A DNA stretch of 64,000 bases from Acidimicrobiia bacterium (GTDB lineage: Bacteria > Actinomycetota > Acidimicrobiia > UBA2766). Position numbers and translations under genes: made by a program. The stretch lies in NCBI GenBank assembly GCA_046331095.1, contig JAXLRM010000004.1, positions 324,316 through 388,315 of the forward strand, in the 5' to 3' direction. Under the pieces are notes generated by a model that was not told the DNA's origin, searched no databases, and was given only the letters and a program-made list of their open reading frames with translations. This document shows positions 10,611-23,875 of the stretch, piece after piece (positions within the stretch are counted from its first letter, which is position 1; every line of letters begins with the position of its first letter).

Positions 10611-11757
10611 GGCCGAGATGCCCACCGGTTCCGACCCAGACCGGGCCGTCCCGCTGCCGCGCAGCCACGTGTACCTCGACCACGCTGCCTCCACCGCACT
10701 GCGCCCCGAGGCCCGCGCTGCCGCCGATCTCGTCGCCGCCGACGGACCCGCGAACCCCACGGGCGCCCACCGCGACGCCCAGCGCATGCGCGCCCACCTC
10801 GAGGCCGCCCGTGAGTCGATCGCGGCGCTCTGGTCGGTCGCCCCTCACCGCGTGGTGTTCACCTCGGGCGGGACCGAGAGCGACAACACCGCGATCGCTG
10901 CCGGAGCTACGCGCGGACGCGTCCTGTACTCCGCCGTGGAGCACCCGGCGGTGCTCGAACCGGCGGTCCGCACGGGGGGCGAGGCGATCCCCGTCGACGC
11001 CCTCGGGGTCGTCGACCTCGACGCCCTCGTGCGCATGCTCACCTCCGGAGCCCCGGTCGGGATCGTGTCGGTGATGGCCGCCAACAACGAGACCGGCGTG
11101 CTGCAGCCTCTCGACGACGTTGCAGCGGTCGTGGAGACGCACGCACCGACGGCGTGGCTCCACACCGATGCCGTGCAGGCGTTCACGAAGGTGCCCGTCG
11201 CCGCGGGCGCGCGGGGGCTCGCGTCGGTGTCGGCGCACAAGCTCGGTGGCCCGATCGGATCCGGCGCCCTCGTGCTCGGCGACGACGTCGAACCCGAACC
11301 GCTGCTGTGGGGCGGAGGCCAGGAGCGTGGCCTGCGCGCAGGCACGCCCGATCCCGTCGCCTCCGCTGCGTTCGCGGCGGCGGCGTGCGCGGCGGCGGGG
11401 CAGGACTGGGGCCGCGTCGGGGTGTTGCGTGACAGGCTGGAGGCCGGTCTGCGTCGCGAGGTCGACGACTTGGTGGTCCACGGTGCCGCGGCCCAGCGCC
11501 TGCCGACGCACTGTCACGTAGGTATCGCCGGGGTCACGGCCGACATGGTCGTGATCGCCTGCGACCGCGCGGGCCTCGCGGTCTCGTCGGGGTCTTCGTG
11601 CGCCTCGGGCGCGCAGAAGGCGTCCGGCGTGCTCGCCGCCATGGGCGTCTCCGACGAGGGCGCGCTGCGGCTCAGCCTCGGCTGGAACACGACCGCGGAC
11701 CAGGTCGACTTCGCTGTTGGTGTCGTCGCGCGTGCAGTGGCGGGGTTGCGCACGTGA
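10609..11757 (+). CDS. iscS: cysteine desulfurase (NifS/IscS class V aminotransferase)
   Basis: YLDHAAST, PLP-lysine SVSAHKLGGP and catalytic-cysteine loop SSGSSCASG. An alternative GTG start at 10669 (VYLDHAAST) is possible. Confidence 0.88.
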   Translation: MAEMPTGSDPDRAVPLPRSHVYLDHAASTALRPEARAAADLVAADGPANPTGAHRDAQRMRAHLEAARESIAALWSVAPHRVVFTSGGTESDNTAIAAGATRGRVLYSAVEHPAVLEPAVRTGGEAIPVDALGVVDLDALVRMLTSGAPVGIVSVMAANNETGVLQPLDDVAAVVETHAPTAWLHTDAVQAFTKVPVAAGARGLASVSAHKLGGPIGSGALVLGDDVEPEPLLWGGGQERGLRAGTPDPVASAAFAAAACAAAGQDWGRVGVLRDRLEAGLRREVDDLVVHGAAAQRLPTHCHVGIAGVTADMVVIACDRAGLAVSSGSSCASGAQKASGVLAAMGVSDEGALRLSLGWNTTADQVDFAVGVVARAVAGLRT

Positions 11758-12857
11758 GTGGGGCGTCCGTGCTCGTCGCGATGTCGGGCGGCGTCGACTC
11801 GTCGGTCGCGGCAGCCGTGCTCGTCGATGCCGGCTACGAGGTGGTCGGCGTCACGATGAAGATGCACGACACACCCGAGGCGCGTGGGGCCAAGGCCGGC
11901 TGCTGCACCGTCGCGGACGCCGACGACGCCAAGGCGGTGGCGGCACGCCTCGGCATCGACCACTACACCCTCGACATGACGGCGCCGTTCGAGCGTGGCG
12001 TCATCGACGCCTTCGTCTCCCAGTACGCCGGCGGCCGCACGCCGAACCCGTGCGTCGAGTGCAACCGCCACGTGAAGTTCACCGAACTGATCGACCGTGC
12101 CGACCGCCTCGGCATCGACCTCGTCGCCACCGGCCATCACGCCCGCCTCGACGGGCACGAGCTGCGCCGCGGCGCCGACGCCGCCAAGGACCAGAGCTAC
12201 GTCGTCGCGTGCCTACCACCCGCGGTGCTCGACCGGGTCTTGCTGCCCGTGGGCGACATGACCAAGGCGGAGGTGCGTGCCGCCGCCGCGGATCTCGGGC
12301 TGCGCACAGCCACCAAGGCAGAGTCGATGGGCGTGTGCTTCCTGGGCCCCGGCGGGGTGGCCGGCTTCCTCGAGCGGCGGCTCCCGGTCCGTCCTGGTCC
12401 CGCCGTCACCGCCGACGGCGACGTAGTCGGAACCCACCGCGGCGCGGTGCTCTACACGGTCGGCCAGCGCCGCGGCATCGACTCCGGGCTGAACACCCGC
12501 CTCTACGTGCACGCCGACGACGTCGAGGCGAACACCGTCGTGGTCTCCGACGCCGCGCCGCTCGCGGGCGTGCTGGCAGCGGAGGACCCGACATGGCTGA
12601 GCCCGCCGGAGGCGGCCTTCGACGCGACAGTCCAGACCTCGGCGCACGGGACGGCCACGCCCGGGCGCGTCGGCCTCGGCCCGCCGGGACGGGTGACGGT
12701 CGAGCTCGCAGAAGCGGTCGCCGCGCCGGCACCCGGCCAGCTCGCCGTCTTCTACGACGGCGACACGGTCGTCGGGTCGGCGACGATCACCGCGGTCTCC
12801 GGGCCCGAGGGAGCGGCCGAGGCGATAGCCTTCGCGGATGTTCGGCAAGAGACCTGA
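11754..12857 (+). CDS. mnmA: tRNA 2-thiouridine(34) synthase
   Basis: PP-loop VAMSGGVDSS and TPNPCVECNRHVKF. GTG 11754 forms a GTGA overlap with the iscS stop. Confidence 0.93.
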   Translation: MSGASVLVAMSGGVDSSVAAAVLVDAGYEVVGVTMKMHDTPEARGAKAGCCTVADADDAKAVAARLGIDHYTLDMTAPFERGVIDAFVSQYAGGRTPNPCVECNRHVKFTELIDRADRLGIDLVATGHHARLDGHELRRGADAAKDQSYVVACLPPAVLDRVLLPVGDMTKAEVRAAAADLGLRTATKAESMGVCFLGPGGVAGFLERRLPVRPGPAVTADGDVVGTHRGAVLYTVGQRRGIDSGLNTRLYVHADDVEANTVVVSDAAPLAGVLAAEDPTWLSPPEAAFDATVQTSAHGTATPGRVGLGPPGRVTVELAEAVAAPAPGQLAVFYDGDTVVGSATITAVSGPEGAAEAIAFADVRQET

Positions 12858-13719
12858 CGCCACCCTCTGCGACGACGTCCCTGCGTACCGGCGCATCATG
12901 CTCTACCTCATGCGTGGAGCGAACGAGTCGGTCGTGAACTTCACCCAGGAGATCGACGTCACCGAGACCATGGACTTCATCGCGCGCTGGAACGCCGTGC
13001 ACCCGCGGAAGCGGATCTCGCCGTTCCACCTGTGCGTGTGGGCGATCGTGCGCACGCTCGACGCGAGGCCCCAGCTCAACCGCTTCGTCGCCGGCGGCAA
13101 GACGTGGCAGCGCGACGGCACGTGGATCACCTACGCCGCCAAGAAGCACATGGCCGACGAGAAGTCGCCGCTGGTCACGCTCAAGGAGCGCTTCGACCCG
13201 GCGTGGTCGTTCGCCGAGACCGTCGACGTGTTCTACAAGGACCTCGGCGAGGGCCGCTCCGACGACAAGAGCTACACCGACAAGGAACTCGACCTGCTGC
13301 TGCGCCTGCCCGGGCCGCTGCTGTGGCTCGGCGTCAAGGCGCTCAAGGGCCTCGACACGCTCGGGCTGCTCCCGCGCACCTTCATCGACGAGGACCCGAT
13401 GTTCGCGAGCGTGTTCATGGCGAACATGGGCAGCCTCAAGATGGACAGCGTCTACCACCACCTCTACGAGTACGGGAACTGCCCGATCTTCGCCGTCGTG
13501 GGCCGTGTCGACGACGTCGCCAAGGTCGAGGCCGGCAACGTCGTCGCCCGCAGGACCTTGTACCTGCGCTACAGCTACGACGAGCGCATCGCCGACGGCA
13601 TGTACGCGCAGAACTCGATGGAGTACCTCCGCGGCATCGTCGAGGACCCCGCCGCCGCGGGCGCGGCCATCCCCGGCGAGGGCGAGGCGGCCGTCGTCCC
13701 CCTGGCCAAGCCCGAGTAG
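12838..13719 (+). CDS. 2-oxoacid dehydrogenase acyltransferase (E2) catalytic-domain-only protein, variant active site
   Basis: CAT-like E2 fold signature ...LYLRYSYDERIADGMYAQNSMEYLRGIVEDP aligns to the DHRxxDG motif. No lipoyl domain. Overlaps the mnmA end by 20 nt. Confidence 0.7.
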   Translation: MFGKRPDATLCDDVPAYRRIMLYLMRGANESVVNFTQEIDVTETMDFIARWNAVHPRKRISPFHLCVWAIVRTLDARPQLNRFVAGGKTWQRDGTWITYAAKKHMADEKSPLVTLKERFDPAWSFAETVDVFYKDLGEGRSDDKSYTDKELDLLLRLPGPLLWLGVKALKGLDTLGLLPRTFIDEDPMFASVFMANMGSLKMDSVYHHLYEYGNCPIFAVVGRVDDVAKVEAGNVVARRTLYLRYSYDERIADGMYAQNSMEYLRGIVEDPAAAGAAIPGEGEAAVVPLAKPE

Positions 13720-13740
13720 CCAATCGCGGGCGGGCGGTGT

Positions 13741-13935
13741 GTGGTTTCGTCAAACGCGGGTGGCTTGTGGCGCTGGCGGGCCGGGTTGCCCGCGTTTGGG
13801 GGGTCGGTTTCGTCAAACGCGGGTGGTTCGTGGCGCTGGCGGGTCGGGTTGCCCGCGTTTGGGGGGGTCGGTTTCGTCAAACGCGGGTGGTTTGTGGCGC
13901 TGGCGGGTCGGGTTGCCCGCGTTTGGGGGGGTCGG
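13741..13935 (+). repeat. family-A tandem hairpin repeat, 63-64-nt period, 3 units
   Basis: 5' arms CAAACGCGGG at 13751, 13814 and 13878. 3' arms CCCGCGTTTG at 13789, 13852 and 13916. Fills the convergent gap up to the etfA stop. Confidence 0.9.
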
Positions 13936-13938
13936 GTG

Positions 13939-14907
13939 TCAGCCCTTCTTGGCCTTGATGGCCTCGACGAGGGCGGGGACGACCTTGTGCACGTCACCGA
14001 CGACGCCGAGGTCGGCGATCGCGTGGATCGGCGCCTCGGGGTCCTTGTTGACGGCGATGATGATCTTGGAGTTCTTCATGCCGACCATGTGCTGCATCGC
14101 ACCGCTGATGCCGAGCGCGATGTAGACGTTCGGCTTGACGGTCTTGCCGGTCTGGCCGACCTGCTTGCTGTAGGGCACCCAGCCCGCGTCGACGATCGCA
14201 CGCGAAGCCCCGGTCGCGGCGCCGAGCAGCCCCGCGAGGTCCTCGACGAGCTTGAAGCCGTCCGAGCTGCCGAGGCCGCGCCCGCCCGAGACCACGATGT
14301 CGGCGTCCTCGAGCTTGGGGCCCTCGAGTGCCTCGACGTGCTTGGCGAGCACCTTGGTCTTGCCCGCCGCGCCGGCGTCGGGCAGGGCGTGGGTGACTAC
14401 CTCGGCGGCGCCGCCTCCGGAAGCCTCGACCGCGAAGCTCTTGGGCCGCACGAGCACGATCGCGACCGAACCCGAGCGGAACGCGCTCCGGACGACCTTG
14501 GTGCCGCCGAAGATGACGGTCTCGACCGAGATGGAGTCCCCGTCGGGAGCGAGGCCGACGGCGTTGGAGATCACGGGCGAGTCGGTGCGCACCGCGAACC
14601 GCCCCGAGACGTCGCGGCCGTCGTAGGTGGTCGCGAACAGGACGGCGCCGTAGCCCTCGGCCGACACGAGATCGGCAAGCGCTGCTGCCACCGGCGCTCC
14701 CGGCAGCGTGTCGCCCACCTCGACGGTGTGCACCTTGGTGGCGCCGTGGGCGCCCAGGTCGCCTGCGATCCCGGCGGCGCCGGAGCCTGCGTAGAAGGCG
14801 TCGACCGTGCCGGCGAGCTCGCGGGCCTTGGTGAGCATCTCCAGGGTCGCGGCAGACACCGCGTCACCCTCGGTCTCTGCGTAGACGAGAACCTTGTCAA
14901 GAGCCAT
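13939..14907 (-). CDS. etfA: electron transfer flavoprotein alpha subunit
   Basis: C-terminal FAD-binding region VGQTGKTVKPNVYIALGISGAMQH. Confidence 0.93.
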   Translation of the reverse strand: MALDKVLVYAETEGDAVSAATLEMLTKARELAGTVDAFYAGSGAAGIAGDLGAHGATKVHTVEVGDTLPGAPVAAALADLVSAEGYGAVLFATTYDGRDVSGRFAVRTDSPVISNAVGLAPDGDSISVETVIFGGTKVVRSAFRSGSVAIVLVRPKSFAVEASGGGAAEVVTHALPDAGAAGKTKVLAKHVEALEGPKLEDADIVVSGGRGLGSSDGFKLVEDLAGLLGAATGASRAIVDAGWVPYSKQVGQTGKTVKPNVYIALGISGAMQHMVGMKNSKIIIAVNKDPEAPIHAIADLGVVGDVHKVVPALVEAIKAKKG

Positions 14908-14934
14908 CTGCGAATCCTCTCCTCGTAGCCTCGC

Positions 14935-15702
14935 TCAGAGGACCTTCTGCTCGTCCAGGAAAGCGACGATGCGCTCGAACGCGGTGCCGTCGTCCTCGAT
15001 CTTCTCGCCGGCGGCCCGGGCGGGAGCGTCCTCGACCTCGGTGACCTCCTCGGAGCCGTTGAAAGCAGGGATGCTCACACCGAGGTCGGCGACCGTGACC
15101 TGGTCGAGGGGCTTCTTCTTGGCCGCCATGATCCCCTTGAAGCTCGGGTAGCGGGGCTCGACGACCCCGGCGGTCACCGACACGAGCGCAGGCAGGCTGC
15201 CCTCGACCTCGTCGTAGCCGGCTTCGGTCTGGCGCTCGATGCGGATCACGTCGCCGTCGACGTCGATCTTCTTGGCGAAGGTGAGCGACTGGACCCCCAA
15301 GAGCTCGGCGACCATGGCGGGCACGATCCCGACGTAACCGTCGGAGGACTCCACCGCGCCGATGACGAGGTCGTACTGCTTGCGGCCGATCGCGGCTGCG
15401 AGGACTTTGGCGGTCGTGAGGGCGTCGGCGCCGTGGAGGGCGTCGTCGCTGACCAGGATGGCGTCGTCGGCGCCCATCGCGAGTGCCGTGCGCAGCCCGG
15501 AGGTCTCCCCGTTCGGTGCCATCGAGACGAGGGTGACGTCGCCGCCACCGGCGGTCTCGCGCAGCTGCAGGGCGATCTCGACTCCGTAGCTGTCGGACTC
15601 GTCGAGGATGAGCTTGCCTTCACGCTTGAGCGTGAAGTCGGCGTTGAGCTCCTGGGGCCCAGCCGGGTCGGGGATCTGCTTGACCAATACGACGATGTTC
15701 AA
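14935..15702 (-). CDS. etfB: electron transfer flavoprotein beta subunit
   Basis: LNIVVLVKQIPDP... and the rest is typical EtfB. TTG start at 15702 is preceded by GGAG. The upstream part of track ORF 14935..16284 is non-coding junk. Confidence 0.9.
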   Translation of the reverse strand: MNIVVLVKQIPDPAGPQELNADFTLKREGKLILDESDSYGVEIALQLRETAGGGDVTLVSMAPNGETSGLRTALAMGADDAILVSDDALHGADALTTAKVLAAAIGRKQYDLVIGAVESSDGYVGIVPAMVAELLGVQSLTFAKKIDVDGDVIRIERQTEAGYDEVEGSLPALVSVTAGVVEPRYPSFKGIMAAKKKPLDQVTVADLGVSIPAFNGSEEVTEVEDAPARAAGEKIEDDGTAFERIVAFLDEQKVL

Positions 15703-15874
15703 CGTTCGCGCTCCGTTCTGGGCGGCAGCGAGCCGGGCCGAGGCGGTGTGCCGCGGCTGCGGCGGAGGGTGCGCAGTGCGCGCCGGAGGAGGGTACGGAG
15801 CTTGTGAAGGGCTTCGCAAACCGCCGTGAGACCACTCGTCGCCGCCGGGGACCGATCGGATACCCTCGGCGCCC

Positions 15875-17323
15875 ATGACCACCGCCCACCAGGAAGAACC
15901 GACCTCGGGGCCTGACGGGCGCGTCCCGGTGGGGCCGTACGCGGGAGGCGTCGTGGCGCCCGGTGAGCTCGTGGTCGTCCCCACCGACCTCAACAGGTTC
16001 GGCGTCGCCGAGCTCGCCCGGATGGTGGCGTTCTGGTGGATCCTCGTATCGGTATTGGTGTCGGAGGTCTTCCGCAAGCTCGTCGGCATCGGCCCCGAGG
16101 CGCGCCGCAGCTGGGCCGAGGTGCTCGCCGTCTGGATGCGACGCTGCTTCGAGCAGCTCGGCCCGAACTTCATCAAGCTCGGCCAGGTCATCGCGTCGGC
16201 ACCGGGCCTGTTCCCCAAGGTGCTCTCCGACGAGTGCCTGAAGCTCCTCGACGCCGTGCCGCCGGTCTCCCTGGAAGCGATCAAGGAGACGATCGAGGAG
16301 GACCTCGGCTACCCGATCGAGGAGCTCGTCGAGAGCTGGGAGGAGGCGCCGATGTCGGCTGCCTCGATCGCGCAGGTGCACGCGTGCGTCCTGCGTGACG
16401 GGCGCCGTGCCGTCGTCAAGGTCCAGCGCCCGCACCTGCAGGCCGACATCGAGCGCGACCTGCGCATCCAGTTCCGCATCACGCGCCTGCTCGACCGCTT
16501 CGGGAAGGTCAAGAAGCTGAACCTGCCGATGATGATCGCCGACCTGAACCGCAGTCTGCACGAGGAGCTCAACTTTCTCCTCGAGGCGACGAACACGACG
16601 ACGTTCCGCGCCAACATCGGCTACTACGGCGACAACGAGTGGGTCACGTGCCCCGAGGTGTACTGGGACCTGTGCGGGCGGCGCGTGCTGTGCATGGAGC
16701 GCCTCTACGGCTTCCCCCTCGACAACTTCGACCGCATCCGCGAGCGCGACATCGACGGCGTGATGATCATGCGCCGCGGCGTCAAGGTGTGGATGGAGGC
16801 CGCCACCGTCCACGGCCTCTTCCACGGGGACGTGCACGCCGGCAACCTCATGGTCCTCGACGACGGCCGCGCCGCCTACCTCGACTTCGGCATCTGCGGC
16901 CGTCTCGACGAGACCTACCGCGGCGCCTTCCGCGACATGTTCAAGACCTACGTGGTCGACCGCGACTGGGTCCGCCTCGTGCGTGCGATGCAGCGCATCG
17001 GCATGATGCCCGAGGACCTCGCCGACATCGACAGCGTCGCGACGACGGTGGCGATGTTCATCTCGCCGTTCCTCGACAAGCCGATCGGGGAGCTGAGCCT
17101 GGGCGAGATGCTCCAGGAACAGCTCGCCTTCGCTGACCAGTACGGCATGGTCGGCGACCCGACCCTCGCGCTGATGGGCAAGCAGTTCCTCTACTTCGAG
17201 CGCTACGTCAAGGAACTGGCGCCCCAGTGGTCGATGCTGACCGACCCGTTCCTGTTCAAGAACCTCTGGCCCGACGAGATCGCCGCCAAGTGCGAAGCCG
17301 AGGGTATCGAACTGCCGGACTAG
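15875..17323 (+). CDS. ABC1/UbiB-family atypical kinase
   Basis: ASIAQVHACVLRDGRRAVVKVQRP and the HGDVHAGNLMV catalytic loop. Confidence 0.88.
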   Translation: MTTAHQEEPTSGPDGRVPVGPYAGGVVAPGELVVVPTDLNRFGVAELARMVAFWWILVSVLVSEVFRKLVGIGPEARRSWAEVLAVWMRRCFEQLGPNFIKLGQVIASAPGLFPKVLSDECLKLLDAVPPVSLEAIKETIEEDLGYPIEELVESWEEAPMSAASIAQVHACVLRDGRRAVVKVQRPHLQADIERDLRIQFRITRLLDRFGKVKKLNLPMMIADLNRSLHEELNFLLEATNTTTFRANIGYYGDNEWVTCPEVYWDLCGRRVLCMERLYGFPLDNFDRIRERDIDGVMIMRRGVKVWMEAATVHGLFHGDVHAGNLMVLDDGRAAYLDFGICGRLDETYRGAFRDMFKTYVVDRDWVRLVRAMQRIGMMPEDLADIDSVATTVAMFISPFLDKPIGELSLGEMLQEQLAFADQYGMVGDPTLALMGKQFLYFERYVKELAPQWSMLTDPFLFKNLWPDEIAAKCEAEGIELPD

Positions 17324-18278
17324 CCCCGGGCGCGGCGAGGCCGCTGACCGCCAGGCCCTTCGCCGCGCACGCCCGCAGGCAGAGCGCGGGGTCGGTCACC
17401 GGCCACCCGACGCCGATCACGAACTTGGGAACGACGGGACGGAGGCGGTCGAAGCGTGCGGGCAGGTCGCGTGGTTGGGGCGGCTCGGCGACGGCGTCGT
17501 GCAGGGTCTGGACCCACCCGCCCTTCCACCCCGACCGGAGATCGAGGAGGCCCTTGGAGTCTTCGGGGTCGGTGGATCCCCCCTCGACGGCGGCGACGTC
17601 GGTCAGGTGCCCGTAGGGGATCGCGAAGGGCTGGTTGAGCCGGTAGGGGTCGTGCACGATCATCGTCCGCGGCGACAGGATCATCCAGCGGCGGGCCAGC
17701 AGCGCGAGCTGCATCACGGCCGGCACCGACGCCGCGGCCAGGACCACGGCGACGGCGCCGAGGGCGACGCGTGCCCCACCGGAGGCGGCGGCGGCGCCCG
17801 CTGCCGCGGTCAGGGTGAGCGTCGGCACGGCGACCGCGATCGTGACGCCGCCGGCCGCCTCGCGTGGGAAGCGGAAGCCGAGGCGACGTTCGCCGGGATA
17901 GGAACCGCCGTCCATCTGGCGGTCGCCGACGGCGGGAACGAGCTGCAGGGCCAGGTTCGCCACGCCTGCACCGCATGCCACGGCGCGCCAGATCGGCGGA
18001 GCTGCCGCGACCGCCGCGACGGCCACGCCTCCGACCGCGACGAGCCACGCTCCGAGGCGGAGCACGACCACTCCCCACGGCCGCGGCACGAAGATCGCCA
18101 CCGCGCCCGCCAGGAGCACGATCCAGAACAGCGCCTGCGAACCCAGCCGCAGGGGCGCCGTCGCCTCCTCGACCGCCCGGTTGAGTGCCGGTCCGAACGT
18201 GACACCGAGCGCGAGCCAAGCGAGTGCGGCCACGACCCACGCGCGCCCGGGACGGGGGAACTCCGTGCGAACGTTCAT
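17256..18278 (-). CDS. polytopic membrane protein with C-terminal soluble domain, unknown function
   Basis: About 6 hydrophobic helices, then MILSPRTMIVHDPYRLNQPFAIPYGHL. ATG 18278 forms an ATGA overlap with the pyrE stop. The 3' end overlaps the ubiB-like 3' end. Confidence 0.6.
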   Translation of the reverse strand: MNVRTEFPRPGRAWVVAALAWLALGVTFGPALNRAVEEATAPLRLGSQALFWIVLLAGAVAIFVPRPWGVVVLRLGAWLVAVGGVAVAAVAAAPPIWRAVACGAGVANLALQLVPAVGDRQMDGGSYPGERRLGFRFPREAAGGVTIAVAVPTLTLTAAAGAAAASGGARVALGAVAVVLAAASVPAVMQLALLARRWMILSPRTMIVHDPYRLNQPFAIPYGHLTDVAAVEGGSTDPEDSKGLLDLRSGWKGGWVQTLHDAVAEPPQPRDLPARFDRLRPVVPKFVIGVGWPVTDPALCLRACAAKGLAVSGLAAPGASPAVRYPRLRTWRRSRRARGS

Positions 18279-18877
18279 GCCTCGCGCTTGGCCTTGCCGA
18301 AACCGGTGTCGATCGGCACGCCGGCAGCGCAGAGCTCGCACTCCGCGGCGGGCGACGACGCGAAGTCGAGCTCGACCAGGCTGACGAGCACGGGCGCGTC
18401 GACGTCGTCCGCGGTCACGCCGCCACGGTTGACGAGGGCGGCGGCGGCCACGACCGTGCCCCCGGCGGCTCCCACCGCAGCGACAGCCCGGCCGAGGGAG
18501 CCGCCGGTGGTGACGACGTCCTCGACTACCACGACGCGCCTACCGCGCACGAGGGCGTCGTAGCCGCGGGCGAGCACGAGGCCGTCGTCGACCTTGTCGG
18601 CGTACACGGCCGGGACGCCGAGGTGGTGGCCCGTCCACTGCGCGACGATGATCCCCGCGACCGCGGGACCGCACACGACCTCGGGTCGGAAGCCGGTGAC
18701 CGCGTCTGCGAGGAGGCCGCACAGCTCCGAGATCCGGTTCGTGTCGGGGTAGACGGCGTCCTTGTTGACGTAGGCGCTGCCGTGGCGACCGGACGTGTAC
18801 ACGAAGTGCCCGCCGGTCCTGATGGCCCCGGCCTCCTCGAAGAGCTGCATCGCCCGCTCGGCGGATTCGGCTGACAT
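18275..18877 (-). CDS. pyrE: orotate phosphoribosyltransferase
   Basis: PRPP-binding motif VVVVEDVVTTGGS. 200 aa from ATG 18877. Confidence 0.92.
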   Translation of the reverse strand: MSAESAERAMQLFEEAGAIRTGGHFVYTSGRHGSAYVNKDAVYPDTNRISELCGLLADAVTGFRPEVVCGPAVAGIIVAQWTGHHLGVPAVYADKVDDGLVLARGYDALVRGRRVVVVEDVVTTGGSLGRAVAAVGAAGGTVVAAAALVNRGGVTADDVDAPVLVSLVELDFASSPAAECELCAAGVPIDTGFGKAKREA

Positions 18878-18931
18878 GGCGGCAATGTAGCTTGGCGGGC
18901 CTCGGAGCCGACCAGACGGAGGAGAGCGTTC

Positions 18932-19990
18932 GTGGTCATGGGTCGCCGTCCCGACGTGATGACAGCCCCGGCGCCGCGTGCGGCCCTCGCCGTCGGAGGG
19001 CTCGCTCTGCGGATGACGGCCGCCCTCGCGCGTGTGCCGCTCGCGAAGCCGTGGCGCGGCCCCGACACGGTCGCGCACAACGTCGGCTACGAGGTCACCC
19101 GCCGCGTCATGCGCGCCTTCATGGACTACGCCGTGTCCCTGGACACACCGGAGCTGCGTTCGGTCGAGGTCGTCCTCGACGACCTGTGCCGGTCGGTGCT
19201 GCCGCCGTTCGTGCACAGCCTCGGGGTGAGCATCGAGGAGGACGTCGTCGGCGGCGTCCCCGGGACCTGGTACCGACCTGCGGTCGACGAGCCGACCGGG
19301 ACGATCCTCTACCTGCACGGGGGCGGGTACGTGGCGACGTCGCCGAGCATGTACGCGCTCTTCACGGGATGGCTCGCACGCCACACCGATTGCGACGTGT
19401 TCGTCGCCGACTACCGGCTCGCACCCGAGTTCCCGTACCCGGCGGCGATGGAGGACGCCCTGTCGGTGTACCGCGCGCTGCTCGGGAGCGGCCACGACCC
19501 CGACCGCATCGTCTTCGCGGGCGACTCCGGCGGCGGCGGGCTGGCGGCGACGCTGGTCCTCGAGACCGCCGCGGCGGGTTTGGCCGCGCCCCGGGGGGTC
19601 CTCCTCTTCTCACCCGAGGTCGACCTCGTGCTCGAGGAGCCGTCCGTGACCGCGAACGCGGACATCGACATCCTGCCGCGCCACGTCCCGGTGCGGCCGT
19701 ACCTGGGCGACCTCGACGCGCACACGGCGATCGTCTCGACCGTGTACGCGGACCTCACGGGTTTCCCCGATGCTCTCGTGGCCTGGGGTGCCGACGAGAT
19801 CTTTCGCGACGCGATCGAGCGGTTCGTGCAACGCCTGCGCGCGGCACGGGTGCCGACGCTGGCTCGCGAGGAGCCGCACATGTTCCACGTCTTCATGATC
19901 CTGATGCCGTGGGCGCCGGCAAGTCAGCGCCTGTACCGCCTCGTCGATCGGACCTTCACGGCGTGGCGGGCTTCCGAGGACGTCCGGTAG
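18932..19990 (+). CDS. alpha/beta hydrolase, HSL-family esterase/lipase
   Basis: Oxyanion motif LHGGGY and nucleophile elbow GDSGGG. GTG 18932 lies 6 nt after GGAGGAG. Confidence 0.85.
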   Translation: MVMGRRPDVMTAPAPRAALAVGGLALRMTAALARVPLAKPWRGPDTVAHNVGYEVTRRVMRAFMDYAVSLDTPELRSVEVVLDDLCRSVLPPFVHSLGVSIEEDVVGGVPGTWYRPAVDEPTGTILYLHGGGYVATSPSMYALFTGWLARHTDCDVFVADYRLAPEFPYPAAMEDALSVYRALLGSGHDPDRIVFAGDSGGGGLAATLVLETAAAGLAAPRGVLLFSPEVDLVLEEPSVTANADIDILPRHVPVRPYLGDLDAHTAIVSTVYADLTGFPDALVAWGADEIFRDAIERFVQRLRAARVPTLAREEPHMFHVFMILMPWAPASQRLYRLVDRTFTAWRASEDVR

Positions 19991-20207
19991 CGCCGCTGCG
20001 ACGCTCGGACGGCGGTCGCCACGAGGCGACGCGTTCCGTGGTCGACCACAGCGGCCTCCTGCCCGCCGGCGATCGAGGCCGGGCGCCGACGTGGTCGCGC
20101 GCCCCGGGTTGTCCAAGCGGTGGGCCGGAGGCACACTGGTCCACGACGAGATCGGCTGCAGGTGGTGCCGGCCTCGGGTTCGCGACGGCGGAGAGGCAGG
20201 AGCGGCG

Positions 20208-23865
<3,658 letters not shown>

Positions 23866-23875
23866 ACTCCTCCGG

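Noticed and set aside
10605-10615. Divergent genes whose ATG start codons overlap each other (10609 on + and 10610 on -).
   Set aside because: This is probably an artefact of choosing the first ATG. The iscS-like gene has a plausible GTG start at 10669 (VYLDHAAST), and the membrane-protein start is itself uncertain.
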